A stretch of 64,000 nt of DNA from Podarcis erhardii (Eukaryota), in assembly GCA_964252035.1 (NCBI GenBank), contig OZ176202.1. One strand, given 5' to 3'. Of this stretch, positions 24,976-38,639 are shown in pieces. The stretch's first letter is position 1, and the number at the start of each line of letters is the position of its first letter. The position numbers and the translations under genes are program-made. The notes beneath the pieces were generated by a model. The model made no database searches, had not been told where the DNA came from, and saw only the letters and a list, made by a program, of their open reading frames with translations.

Positions 24976-27900
24976 GTGAAGAAACATGCATGTCAGGGGC
25001 TGTTGCTATTATTATTAATTGCACTTATCAGTTTGATTTCCCCCACCCCACCCCCCAACAAAGTAACTCAAAGAAACCTACAAAATACTACAAAGAATAA
25101 AACCAGTATAAAGCTAAAACAGAATAAAAACATAAAAACACAAAGCCTAAAAATACATATAAAAGGCAGGTCTAACACATTCCACCTGTCAAAAGAGGCC
25201 ACGAGTATATAAAATCCTTCAAATTAAGGGCCAACGGCCTGGGTAAAAAGAAACCTAACAGAGTGAAATTGCATATAATTGAAACCCATTGAAAAAGTCA
25301 ACAAACACCCCGTTCTGCGCTTTTAGTGATATTTCAGGGACCTCTTTATGACGTTTCCATGATACTTCCAGGTTCAACATGATGTGCATATACATGGTCA
25401 TGCACATATTGAATGATTATCTCTCTTTTTGTACCCTGAAAAAATATGGGCATTAAATTAAATGGCTAGGTTAATATCACATTCAATATAGTACAGCCTA
25501 GTTCTTTTCTCCCCACAGATTGGGGGAAAGGGAGGACAAGGGTGAGACTTCACCCAAAACTAAGGCCAGATTGTGTGTTCTCCCCAGAATATAATGCATG
25601 AACAGGCTTAGTTAAGTACTCAGCATTCTTTTACCAATATGGTCCAGAAAGCTCAAATGTTTTTATTAGTCTCACTCAAGTGCTGCAGCATTCCTTGCAG
25701 TCTTTCAGAGTTATGACACAGACACGCAACAGAAAGAAAAGAAGCAATAAACCGGCACTTGAAACTATGTCATAATTTATACATTTCCTGTTTTCATCCA
25801 GGTGTTCTTTTTCAGTTGAGCAGTTGATTGACCAATGCATGAGATCAAATTAACCTTTTAAAACATCATTTATGTCATTCACAATAATCACATTTCCGTT
25901 CTACATCATGACTGTACAATTAACGCTCTACAGTTCTCTCACCGCATTGGAATCCTGCTGTGTAATATCAATATTCACAGGATTCCTGCTGAGTAACATC
26001 AATGTGAGGCATATGATGAAGTAAACTGTAGTCCACAGAAGGTCATGCTACATTATGTCACAAGATCAGCCTCATTATTAGTAGTACACTTTCCCATTTT
26101 GTCAATGGAGCTGCAATGCTGATGCCTTTGGTAATGTTTAGTGTATACTTCCTTTCTGAACACTGGAAAAGATGGAATGTACAAAGCTGAAGACTAGTGC
26201 AACTACTAAAATACTAAAGAACTCACATATGGCACTTACGTATTCATTTGTTATTTTAGTCTTTGGTTACAATGTGTACATAAGAAGCACGATCCATCCA
26301 AAGTTAAGCACTGTTAAAATGAATGTGATTTCAAATAAAGACATTTAAACATCTGTGTTACCCTCTGACTGAAATCAGTAGGCCTTGTTCACAGCAATCC
26401 TCTGATTATCCCACTGAGTTCAATGGGACTTCCTCACAGGTTGGTGAGTACAGAATTACAGCCTGAAAGTGCTTAACTTTGGCTGGATCATGGGTTAGGT
26501 GGTGCCCTTTTGAAGTTAGTATAACCTACAGTGGATTATGAATCTGTATGATGATCACAGCTAAAGATTGAAACATGTATTCTAGTACTATTCAATGAAA
26601 ATATAAAGAACCTCCAGTGTTCCACATCTGCTCTCCGGGTGTCTTGATTCTAACATACCATCATTAACAAGTGTGCTGAACACATAAAACAAGGTGGAGT
26701 GCCATACGGTAGCTAAGTGTAGCTAAATGAGCTGGAGGAACGCAATCTTAAATGTGTGCACAGAACAAATATCTGTGTAGGTGGAAGCAGAACAGCTGAA
26801 GCAGACACAGCCCCTAAGTTATACACGCTCATTTCAATTTGTGATGCCATCCTCCATACATACTGTATACACACTGGGGTTGTTTTGAGTAAGGTGAAGA
26901 ACCTGCTGCCCTCAAGCCACCTCCCTGCCTAGGATGCATTTGTTTTATTTCCATTCGACTTCTGAAAAAGGTCCATAGCCTACCCTTGTACTACAAATGT
27001 AGGATTTTTTTTTATAAAAAAAGAATATCTTTGATCATGACGGTGGAAAAAAAGGAGCTATACTATGATATGAAATAAGTGATTATAGAACAACTGTTGG
27101 TACTTTCCCACAATATCAGGCCTTGAACACTACCCACCAGGATTTATGCTGTGAGAACAAAAAGTTTAAATTGTGATTAGCATGTGCTCAAAACCTTTGA
27201 TGGGCAGAGCAGTACATTCTCCCTTTGCACCAGGGAGCTGGATAGAGTAGAAGTATCCCTTGGTCTGGCTTTGCTGGCTTCCATCAGCCTTCTAGAAGGA
27301 ATCCACTGGATCCCAAGCCAGCCCCACTGGGCCTGATCTGACTCTGATCATGGTGCCAAATCCAGCAGCAATCTGCCTGCAACCCAATGTTCACCCCAGC
27401 CACCACGTGGGGCATGACTCCTCAATTCAGCCCCACCAGGCAGACGCCAGTGTTACAACTGCCCCCAAAACTTGAATGTGGCAACTCTGGTGCTACAGAA
27501 CCAAGCCATGGTCAAGGATAGTGTGCTAGATTACAAACTGAATATTTGCAAGGTTGTGCCATATTGCACAAAGCAACCATGCAGCTCATAGACTGAAAAA
27601 AAGTAACCTCTCCCATTGCGATACAGCAAGCCCTGTTCAACTGCTCCTGTTATTGCAAGTAGATAATGGGCTATTATCCTTGCAGCATAAAGAAAGCCAA
27701 GTTAAATGTGTACTGTAAAGGGGCCTTCAAATTACAATCAGATTGCAACCAATTTAAACATTCAATAAGCATACAATAAACTGAGCACGTGTAGAGCAAG
27801 TTCATATGTTACATTATCCACACAAATGCAGCTATCACGCAATAATGGGAATTTGTGAATCTATTATGATTCTATCAGTCATCTCTGCCTCCTACTACAT

Positions 27901-29406
27901 CAGTCCATTTCTCAGCAATATAAGACAAGGGTCAGTTCCAACAACGTTTGTCCTCCTGTGAAGAAGTAGTCACACAAGGGGGGAAAGAAGAAAAAAACCT
28001 AAAATACATATTGCAGGGGGAATTCCAAAATCACAGTAACACAGTTTTTATCTGAAAGATATCCCTGCCCCCATGGTGTCACTTTTTGCTTTCTGAGCCT
28101 AAACAAAGACAACAAAAATGTTCTGTATGCCAGTGACTCAATAATCAAAGCTTATTATTACAGTGTAGCCTCACTAGGCACTACTCCAAGCACTAGAAGA
28201 AGGTCCTTTTAATCTGTTTAGGAACAAACCCTGTCCAAATAGTTCGGGGGGGGGACGGGACAAAAGAAACATTTGAATAACCCCTAGCTAATCCAACACA
28301 TGATGCATTGCAGATGGGTGGAGGTGGGGGTGGAGGCAAGCAGGCAGAGACTTCACTTAAGGGAAACAAGTAGAATTAAAAGTGAAATTTATTAATCACT
28401 CATTTTTATTCTATAACTAGTAGTTATTATTATGCTGGAACTGATTTTCAGCCACTACAAACAGCAGATGTTGTGGGAAGCAGGTATTTCTGTGCTAAAA
28501 TGGGGTTTGGAAATCACTCAATCCACTATTAATACGGGGACAAAAGTGTTTTAAGAAGCAACGGAATGTTATAAGAACTCCAAGACAGAGAGAAAGCCTT
28601 AACATTACATTTCATCACAAATTCCAGGAAATCCAAAAATAGGAATAGTTTTGTAACCAACATTCTGGTTCACAGTGTCAAAGGAAAAAGCCTTGGAATG
28701 TAGCATCTCCCAAAGGTAAGCAAGACACTATCAGAAAAGAATCACTGGAATTTAGAAAGAGTTGCTCTGCTTCTTGCATTCCCTATGTCCTTGTATGTAA
28801 AGCCTTTGAGTCTGCAGCCAAGCAACCATGGTACAGACTCACTTCTGTACATTCTGGACAACGTCAAAACTTTGTAAAACAGTGAGAGCCAATTTGCATT
28901 GTTTTGTCGTGTGCAATTGTAAAAGCCTTTACTCACTGACAAGTGCATTTAAAACTGCAGTGCAATTTGTTGCTTGGCTGAAAACTGCCCCCTTTTCCCA
29001 TACACCCAGGGGGCAAATTACACATGTAAACAAGAAAGTGGGCCAGGCATGCAGATGCCATAGGACCAACCAAGGGAGGCTGGCTGCACGTGCAAGTGCT
29101 CCTTATCTCTTACATTTCCTGAAGAAGCAGAATTGTCCTTTAAGGCTAGGAGGCAAGGGCCATACCTCCAGCAAACTGTGGGACACAAGTGTGCTCTGTC
29201 TTTAAAGAGCTACTGACCTTTTCAGATTAGAAGATAGACAGAGCTATGAATACAACAACCATACCACAACAGGGACTCCAGTGAAGCACAACAACAGTTC
29301 ACACAAAGCCCTCTGTCCCTTCCACCAGTGGAGAGTGATGATAGCCACTTATCCTCTGAATAAGGCAGCTAATAAAAGTAATTGGTGACAACTAACGGCT
29401 GCAAGT

Positions 29407-29761
29407 GGGACGCGGGTGGCGCTGTGGGTTAAACCACAGAGCCTAGGACTTGCCGATCAGAAGGTTGGCGGTTTGAATCCCAGCGACAGGGTGAGCTCCC
29501 TTTGCTCGGTCCCTGCTCCTGCCAACCTAGCAGTTCGAAAGCACATCAAAGTGCAAGTAGATAAATAGGTACCGCTTTGGCGGGAAGGTAAACGGCGTTT
29601 CCGTGCGCTGCTCTGGCTCGCCAGAAGTGGCTCAGTCATGCTGGCCACGTGACCCAGAAGCTATACGCCGGCTCCCTAGGCCAATAGAGCGAGATGAGCG
29701 CCGCAACCCCAGAGTCGGTCACGACTGGACCTAATGGTCAGGGTCCCTTTACCTTTACCTT
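29407..29761 (+). mobile_element. Full-length Sauria SINE (lacertid type)
   Basis: GGGACGCGGGTGGCGCTGTGG head, body with GCCAACCTAGCAGTTCGAAAGCAC, Bov-B-like GAGTCGGTCACGACT and (ACCTTT)n tail; flanked by an imperfect target-site duplication TAACGGCTGCAAGT/TAATGGCTGCAACT. Confidence 0.92.
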
Positions 29762-31749
29762 AATGGCTGCAACTAGTGGCTGGCAGGTAATTTGGAACTA
29801 ATACATGAAATATTGTGATGCTGCACACACCACCACCTCATGGATGTTAGCCTTGCACAAATCCTTGACCCACTAACCCCAGCTTTAGCACTAAAAGCTC
29901 AGACACCTACTTCAGCCCCTATACCCTGGGAAAGGATCTCTACCAACCGCCTCTTTATCTCAGATCCCTGTTAACCATCGGGAACTTCTGACCCAGGAGC
30001 TTCTCTCCCTAGGCCACACAGCTCACTGGCCCAGCTTCACACCCCCAATATTTTTGCATGGCTGGAATGCACCCTTGAACTCTCATAATGCTTCTTTATT
30101 GTCTGGATGGAGAACAGAGACGAGTGGGGGAGTGCATTCAGAAACCAACCTAATGTCCAAAGTGGGTGCTACTCCATCCACTCGTCCTTCTGACCCCACC
30201 CACCATGAGCATGTGGCCTTTGGAAAGTTTACCAGAAGGGAATGTAGTCCTTAGGTGAAAAAAAAGTGCTCCCCACTCCTTTGTTCCATTGCCTTCACAT
30301 GGGTCCCCCCTCCCTCTCCACCAGCACAGTGTGTAAACCAAAATTACTCTTCCACTCAGATGCCAGTTAATTGCATCATGTCTGAAATTTCTATGACTGC
30401 CCAGCATGAGAATACTCGTGAATGATCCATGACATCGCAAGAACTCAGTCAGTAGCCAGGAGGGAGACTTGCTGGCAAATGAAATGTTCAACCTCCTTTA
30501 TGTATGTGAGACAAGTGTTTTCGTTTCTCACTCCAGCTCAGAGATAAAATAATGTAGCCAATGTCTAAATAAAGTCTCCCATTTGGCCTCCATGATTTTG
30601 CTAAGCTTCCACAAGACTCCTCCTGTTTCCATTATCACTTTTAAACTGCACTACTGAGCTCCTCCAGCCAAAACCTATGCAAAAGGGAAGATGAATGGCA
30701 CCAGACCGCATGAACTAGTTTGATTTTTCTAACCTGTTAACTAGCACTTTTATATTCCAATACTTATTATAAGAGAAATAGACATATTTCCCTACAGTCC
30801 ACGACTTCCTCTGAGAAATCCAGCTGCTTTAAATTCTCCTCATCACATAGTAATTAAAATATTTTGAGAATTGTTATGGTTGAGGAAAAGTAAGACAAGC
30901 GCAGTAAGTTAATTAATTAAATGAAAGACACAGAAGCATTCTTCCGGCCAAGAGCTAGCAATTCTAACCTGAAGCACAAAGCAGAAAATAAAGTAGCACC
31001 TTGGGATGCACTGGCTAGAATAATGTTTTATGTAACAGGAGTTAATCCCTATGAGTCAGAAATTAACAGCTCAAGTCGGGAAAACATGTTTTAGAGATGA
31101 ACAATAATGATGCTGTAAGGAGACAATGCAATGGTGAAAAAATGCACATCAATAAGACAGTGATTTTGACTAATTAAAGAGTTTTGTATGCACTGACACA
31201 CTGATTTGAAATTAACCTTTGTATGTCTTTCAGTGCTGGTGCAAGATTTAGCAAGGTCTAACACAGGGATGGGGAACATCATTCAGCCCAAAGGTCCTAT
31301 TTCATTTCGGTCAACCTTTCACAGAAACATTGAACTGCAGATTTGGAAGGGACCCCAAGGAACATCTAGTCCAACCTCCTGCAATGCAGGAATCTCAATT
31401 AAGCATCCATGACAGACCAAAGGTTAAAAAAGTGAGAAGAGCAACAGAGATGGGAATTTTTACCTCCATGCAATAGTTTCTGCACACACTCATATACCCC
31501 TCTATATCCTCCATCCGGGCAAGCGTGAATCATTATTAGAGTTCAAAGACACATTCGAGCCAAGCAAAACCATTCAAGGAAGGTGCAAAGCAAGGCTGAC
31601 AAAGGATGTGGCCAGGCAAAAAGGTGTGTGGCTAGGTGTGGCTGAGACCTGGAGAGAGTCCCAATGTCACATTTGGCCCACAAGCCTGAGGTTCCATCTC
31701 CTGGGTCTAATATATACTGCAACATATACTATTATATAATAGGAGGCTA

Positions 31750-32076
31750 CAGTGGCGCCCCGCAAGACGAACGCCTCGCAAGACGGAAAACCCGCTAGAC
31801 GAAAGGGTTTTCCGTTTTGAAGGCGCTTCGCAAAACGAATTTCTCTATGGGGTTGCTTCGCAAGACGAAAATTTTTTGCGAATTCCCGCGTTTTCCCCCG
31901 CTCCCCCCCTTTCCTAAGCCGCTGATAAGCCGCTTAACAGCTGATCGCTAAAAGCCACTAGACTGCTAATAGCGCTAATCCGCTAAGCTGTCAATGGGCT
32001 TGCTTTGCAAGATGAAAAAACCGCTAGACGAAGAGAATCGCGGAACGGATTCTTTTCGTCTTGCGAGGCACCACTG
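31750..32076. mobile_element. Tigger/Mariner-like MITE
   Basis: TA|CAGTGGCGCCCCGCAAGACGAA ... TTCGTCTTGCGAGGCACCACTG|TA; 22-bp TIRs (20/22). Confidence 0.88.
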
Positions 32077-32880
32077 TATATAGGACAGCCTTGCAAACAG
32101 GTACTAGCTTGCATTTTTCTTTACCAACCTGTTAGATGGATGATGGAATGGGGTGGGAGGTTGGAGAATTCCACCTACAGCAGCCTGCTGCATGCATTTG
32201 CTAGGTGTGAAGTGGGAGGGGGGCAGGAGGTTCTCCTTTGGCAGAGTGCTTGGTTTCCCTGCTGGGTGCCATGAAGAGGCAGAAAATTCCATTCCCCCCA
32301 CCACCAGCAACAGGAGCCTGCTCCCTCACCTACATGCAACTCCTTCTCACCAGTGGCTACCAGGCTACACACGTGCATGCCTATGTTTCTAGATGCTACT
32401 GGTAGTCCCCTGGCCCGCCAAATCTAAGCTTGACAAGGCAATGGAACACCCACAGAGCCTTATTCAAGTTCCAAGCTGCCATCTCTGTGTCACACTCCAA
32501 CATGATCAAGAAATGAAACTTATGGCAGGAGAAGAGGCAGGCTCAATCCCCAGTGCATGAATTCAACAGCACAAAATAAACTAGAAAAGAGTCTCCTTTG
32601 TCTCCTTTGCTTTCTTTGTTAACCGCTCACTGTCATTTTCCACTCACTCTCTTTCTGTATATCACAGCACTTGCATTCCTCTTTTTCTCCTTTACTACAC
32701 AACTGTAGTCACATGCCCTCTTCTCTTTCTGTCTACCTACCCACAGGAGTTACTACAGGTATATTCCTAAATTATCTCTGTTCCCACCCCTCCTACACAA
32801 GGGAGACGGGGAGTACAGAAAAACACATGCAGCAATCTGCACAGCGATCTGGAGCTGACTCATTTCTAGCATGCCTGGAA

Positions 32881-32907
32881 TTGATTGATTGATTGATTGA
32901 TTGATTG
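32881..32907. repeat. (GATT)n microsatellite
   Basis: TTGATTGATTGATTGATTGATTGATTG read directly. Confidence 0.9.
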
Positions 32908-32987
32908 AGTTTATACTACCTTATATCCAGAGGTCTCAAGGTGGTTCACAGCAGAAAATCAAAACCACAAAATACATAATCAAAATA

Positions 32988-33227
32988 CCGTGATACCTCA
33001 GTTCCCAAACGCCTCTGCTGCCGTATGTTTCAGTTCTCGAATGCCAAAAACCCAGAAGTAAATGCTTCTGTTTTCAAACATTTTTCGGAACCCAAAGGTG
33101 CGGCATGCCTTCCTCTGAGTGCAAGAAGCTCTTGCAACCAATGGGAAACAGCACCTCAGTTTTCGATTGTTTTGGAAGCCAAACAGGCTTCCGAAATGGA
33201 TTCCGTTTGAGAACCAAGGTACCACTG
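32988..33227. mobile_element. Tigger/Mariner-like MITE
   Basis: TA|CCGTGATACCTCAGTTCCCAAACG ... CGTTTGAGAACCAAGGTACCACTG|TA. Confidence 0.82.
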
Positions 33228-33517
33228 TAAAAACAACAACCCAATAGCCGCCGCCCCCCAGAAAAAACCCCCCACGTTTTGAATTCTCTTTGCACTTTGT
33301 ACACATTCTAAAGTTGACAAGACTCATGATTAAAATGACTTTGTAATTTTTGGAACTGAGTGTGCCCACTGTTGCTGTACTTCGGAATGAACCCATCAGT
33401 CTACTTCTGGTCAGCATCAATTTCGCATGTGTTCACTGGTAAATCCATTCTGTCTTCATTTCTGTGTGCATGTTCCGAAACATTTTTTTTATACACGCAC
33501 GCGCGCACACTATTTCA

Positions 33518-33790
33518 CCTTACACTTTGGAACTCCCTGCCTATTGAGATCAAGCAGGTACCTTCACTTTACTCTTTTTGGAACCTGCGAAAAACATTTC
33601 TGCTTAGACAAGATATCTCAGATGCTTAGAAAGTTTCGGTAATCTTAATCTGTTTTAGTATGTTAACTTTCATATGTTTTAAAGTAGGGTTGTCTGTTTT
33701 TTTTCTTGATTTTACGGTTTTATCTTCTGCAAACTGCTTTGAGGTTTTTTATAAGGAAGTGGTGCACAAACTTTTATGAAATTAAATAAA
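33518..33790 (+). mobile_element. L2 LINE 3' end
   Basis: CTTTGGAACTCCCTGCCTATTGAGATCAAGCAGG...AACTGCTTTGAGG...ATGAAATTAAATAAA. Confidence 0.58.
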
Positions 33791-34431
33791 CAAATCAGGA
33801 TTTCTGTAAGTCTCACTGAGTCCTAGATGAAAAGCAGGGTAAGCATTTTCTTAATTAATATATAAACCTTATAATTCAATAACGTATGCCTTTAGCTCAC
33901 TCCAACCATACTTGCATATAAGTGTAAGCATGTGGGAGTGCTACTAATAATATTATTATGGTCCTAATCCCGTATTCCATTAGTAAATATTATTCAGTAT
34001 TTTCTGCTCCAGTATTGCTGAAGTTACAGCTGTTGATACCACCCATTAACACTTTTTTGGCTAACACATCACATTAAGCCAAAGTTGTTGCTATTGCCGT
34101 TTTAATGCCTTAATGTGAACATGCAATGCTGGTGAACACACGGCTCAGAAGTTCTTGCTGAGTTCCTCCCTGGCTCCTGCTGCTGCCACACTGACAGGAA
34201 ACAAGCCAGAGTGTGGCTTGTCATGCCCTCAAACCCGAGCTTTTTCTCGAAACAAACCATGATCCCAGGTTCAGATGTTGTGAGGGGACACTCTCTGGCT
34301 TGTTTCCCAGCAACTAGAAGGAAGAACACAGTGAGAACTTTAGAGCAGTGTGTACTAGTGAACTGCATGTTCACATTATGCATAGTTTCTTTAACTATAG
34401 TTTAGTGTAACATGCGAAGTGGGCCACCAGA

Positions 34432-34594
34432 AACATAGGAAGCTGCCTCATATTGAGCTGGACCATCTAGCTCATTGGCTCTCCAGGGTTTCAGGCAGGG
34501 AACCTGCCTAACCTTACCTGGAGAAGCTGAAGATTGAACTTGAGACTTTCTGCCTGAAAAGCAGATGCTCTACCACTGAGCTACAGCCCTTCCC
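34432..34594 (-). mobile_element. tRNA-derived SINE with a CR1-like tail (second family)
   Basis: Minus strand GGGAAGGGCTGTAGCTCAGTGGTAGAGCATCTGC head and ...CAGCTTCCTATGTTTC tail; related decayed copies at about 38195-38340 (-) and 40346-40515 (+). Confidence 0.68.
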
Positions 34595-35565
34595 TTATGG
34601 TAGAACAACGTTTATTGTGTAACCCTGGGACAACATTTCCTCACCAACGGTGCTGGTGGTCATAATAAACATCGTCACCCGAATTCTGTAGTCAGAGCTT
34701 GCTAAGGTAAACAGTGAGCTAATGCTAGTAGCACGTCAGCTGTTTTTAAAAACTACAGTGACAAAAATGTTCCTTTATAGAGCTCTGACATCACAGGAGC
34801 TAAATATAAAGAAGGCGAAATTCCCATACTCCCACACCTTCTGTTGACCTTTTGGCTGGTAATTGCTTGTTAGCATATCATTTACAGCTGAATAATTAGT
34901 ATTTATTTCTTAGGTAATTCTGTTGGGGGGGGGAGGAAATAGGCGTGTATATTCTTATTTGCGGGGATGTTGCCATTTTTAACAGAGAACAGTTAATCAA
35001 CTCTCTTTAATCATGCAGACAACTAGGACTGTCAAAGAGTGTAAAGGGGTAGTTGTCACCAACGTGTGGATGGCAGCTGGAGGAGGAGAAGACAGAGGGT
35101 GAAGAAAGAGCTGTGAGCGTAGAAGCCTTTCCCCCATCCTTTGTACCCTCTGGAAAACTCAACAGACCTTCTGCACCTGGAACAGGGTGTGGAAACAGCT
35201 GTGGGCAAGTGCCTGAGGAAGTACGGTCCACTTTGGGACTGACCATAAAAAGCAAGCCTAGAGTGAGAGACTAGAGTGATGTCTCCTGTTTCCAGGAACT
35301 CTTATTGCTGTGAAATGTCTGTGGTTGAGCTGAGTTTGCTTGGACCCTGGGTAAGAACCCAGAGACTGAGATGGAAGTTGTGTCAGAAGGAAAATGGACT
35401 GAAAAGGATTTTTATGTATTAGTAACTTTGCATTGTTATATGTAACTGTGTATTTTTGTTATATTTTTGTTTGAGCTGTCTGTTGTTGCTTCAGGTTTCT
35501 GTACACTCCTTAGAGATATTTTAAATATATTAAGTGGTATGACAATTAAATAAATAAATCAAGTC

Positions 35566-36330
35566 ATATGGCAATCAACTCTGTCTCCGTTCATCTGACT
35601 TGGAAGAGGCAGTTGAGGTACTGGACAGGTGCTTGGAGGCACATAAAGACCAGGTGTGGACAGATGAATGGAAGCCGAGCCCTGAAAAGGCAAACATGTT
35701 ATGTGTTCCAAGTTCTTGTGCCCAGGAAGAGGGGAGACAGTGTGCTATGCATGGGGTTTCACACACCCCTGCCCAGGAGGATCAGGTCTGAAGCTTGGGG
35801 TCACTGGAGACTCGGGTGGCCTTGATGACTAAGAGTGCCTATTCTGAGCGAAGGATGGTTTGTCAACAACTTTAGTAACTCCTAGACTGGATTATTGCAG
35901 TGTCGTCTATGTGGTGCTGCACTTGAAGAGGCCTCTTGAAGAGGTCCAAAAAGCAGCAACCAGACGACTAGCTGTGGTACAATTTTGAACTTACCAAACC
36001 TCTTTTTTTTAAATGGCAGCACTGGTTGCCAGTTCATTTGAGTCCAAATCAGGGTGCTCCTTCCCCACAGACTCTATTGGACACAAAAATTGTCAGAGGG
36101 TATCCTCCTGGTAGTTCCACCACCCTTAGAACTTTGGGTATCAGTGGTCCAGGAGAGGGCATTTTTGTGTAATGCCCTCCTCAGAGAGGTGTGTCTGGCA
36201 TCATCATTATGTAGTTTTTCTCTGTACACTAAGGAGGCACCTCTTTAACCTGGCTTTTGATATATTATTAAAGGGTCTAACCTGTTCCCTGATCTTAAGC
36301 TGCTTAAGCTGTTTTTAAATTGTGGTAACC
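35566..36330 (+). mobile_element. L2 LINE 3' ORF2 fragment, degraded
   Basis: TTAGTAACTCCTAGACTGGATTATTGCAGT (LVT.RLDYC) and CACTGGTTGCCAGTT (HWLPV) motifs; boundaries approximate. Confidence 0.62.
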
Positions 36331-36528
36331 TGCCCTGAGGCCTCATAATGATTGATTAGATTCTTACCTGCCCTTCACAATCTCTTTCCTATACACTGTG
36401 GGAGAGGAGTCATGTCCTAAAACAGGGACGAGGAATCTGGTTTTCCAAATGTTATTAACCTACAAGTCCCATTGGCCCTATCAAGCATGGTAAATGGAAT
36501 GAGGGGATCTGTGCTCCAACATCTGGAG

Positions 36529-36574
36529 GGCCAAGTAGATTGATATATTTATAGGCCAAGTAGATTGATATATT
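36529..36574. repeat. Tandem duplication, 21-bp exact unit at a 25-bp period
   Basis: GGCCAAGTAGATTGATATATT occurs at 36529 and 36554. Confidence 0.9.
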
Positions 36575-37642
36575 AAGCACTGCCTCTAAGGACCCATTCA
36601 TATGATTAATCTGGCATAGTATGCCTGTGGGTTTAAGACGTTTCTGGGATATACTGAAAAAGTTATGTGTGCCAGCTCAGGACCCAACCTATATTTACCA
36701 TGCTAGTGGTCAATACACTTTCAGCAGCTGGTCAGTAAACACAGGCTAGGGGGTGAACTGAGTGTGGTGAAAGAGTTGCACAAATGGTCCCACCACACAA
36801 AAACTAAGCCTGGTTTTGCTCAGCCCATGTTCAAACCACACCAATTAGACAGTGTCACATGAACAAGTCCAAAGCCACATCAGTGGCTCTGAAAACAGAA
36901 ATAGAAAGGTGGATGAATTAATTCTGAATAAATCTTTATGTTCCCAGGGAATCCCTGGGTGTGAACAGACAAGAGTGGACTACTTATTTCCAAAGACTTC
37001 CTGCCAAAAGACTTAGCACTGAAACGCCTATTCACCTTTGTTTACAATCCTCAGGTACTACTGGCTAACAGCAGCTGCAGAATATGGACTGATTGCTATC
37101 ATTGGAGCCAAGGAAACTATGAATAGCACAAGATGTGACAAAACACTTTAATTATTCTGTCTTCCACACAAAAGCCTAATAACAAATACACACAATCAGC
37201 TTTCCCAAAGACTAGCCCAGGTTTACTTCACAGACTAGGAAACAGCAGAAAGCATGTCACATGCTACTGACCTTCCCCAAGGGCCAGATCCCTATGCTAA
37301 TACTTATCTAGGTATTTAAAATATTTCTAATCTACTGTTCAGGTCACATTGTCCTTGCAAGGCAGTTTACAAAAAGTTTTAAAAACAAGTAACATAATAA
37401 AAACAGGACTCTGTCTAAACAGGTGATAAAGATGATAACATGCATGATTGGTTAGAAGGGCTGACTCCCAAATAAGGCCCTCAATTGAAAGAAAAGTTGG
37501 GTATGATAGTGTAAACTGGTTCCAACTACACCAAGTTATTTACTTTAGCTTAAACCCAGATCTCAGTGGCTATCACAGGAATTGGGCTAATATATCTTTA
37601 TCAAGGTTTGAGCAGCTGATGATTGTGTCTCACTAATATTTA

Positions 37643-37789
37643 CAGTGGCGTAGCGTGGGTTGTCGGCACCCGGGGCAAGGCAAGTAATTTGCGCCCCCTA
37701 ACCCGTGGATTTGCGCCCCCTAACCCTAACCCCCAGATGTTGCGCCCGGTGCGGCCGGCCCCCCCTGCACCCCCCACGCTACGCCACTG
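37643..37789. mobile_element. Short (147 bp) hAT-type MITE
   Basis: Perfect 16-bp TIRs CAGTGGCGTAGCGTGG/CCACGCTACGCCACTG and perfect 8-bp target duplication AATATTTA. Confidence 0.9.
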
Positions 37790-38639
37790 AATATTTATAA
37801 AATCTTGATAGTGAAGGCAATGGGATCAACCCAAAGCTTAAAAGACTCATGGGAACAGTGTTTCATGAAATAAGAGAAGAAAGGAAGTGGAAAGTACTGG
37901 GTATGAAAAACGATTATATTCAGTCTCAGCGAAAATATGGGGAAATTCCCTGAAAGCTACTCTCTGCTGGTATCAACTACCCTTACTCATATTTTTATGG
38001 TGCTTAACATCACCAAATGTTGGAGGGAATGTGAGGCAGGGGGACATATTTCCTTATGTGGTGGGAATGCATTCTTCAAGGAGCCGGGATTGGCTGCAGC
38101 TCTTTACCAAGCATGAACACGCGGTGGCAAACCTGGATTTGCTATTTTATAACATGTGTGAAATCTCCCCTCATTTTATCTTTAGGAAGCTGCCTTATAC
38201 CAAGTCACACTATTGGCCCATCTAGCTCAGAACTGTCCACACTGACTCTCAGCAGCTTTTCAGGGTTTCAGGCAAGGGTCTCACACAGCTTTACTTGGCG
38301 CTTTCACGGACTGAACCCGGGACCTTCTGCTTGCAAGCGAACACAGCAAAAACAAAAATGTGCTGTTTGAATTTCAGACAAAATGCCAAACAGCATTTAA
38401 GGGTCACTTGTGTAGATGACCTCAAGACCTTACTCCATGTGCCATGTGAATGATCCAGAATAAATAACTGCCAACAACAAGGCCACCACCTGGATGAGGC
38501 TCAGCAGGTCTGGCCAGTGCCTCGATGGGTAAACACCTGGGAACTGCACTTGTGCAGCCCCCGTTTCCCTAACAGAAGAAAGTCGGCATAGAAATGTAAG
38601 AAAACACAGACATAATGCGTATTCCTCTCTTCACCCTGC

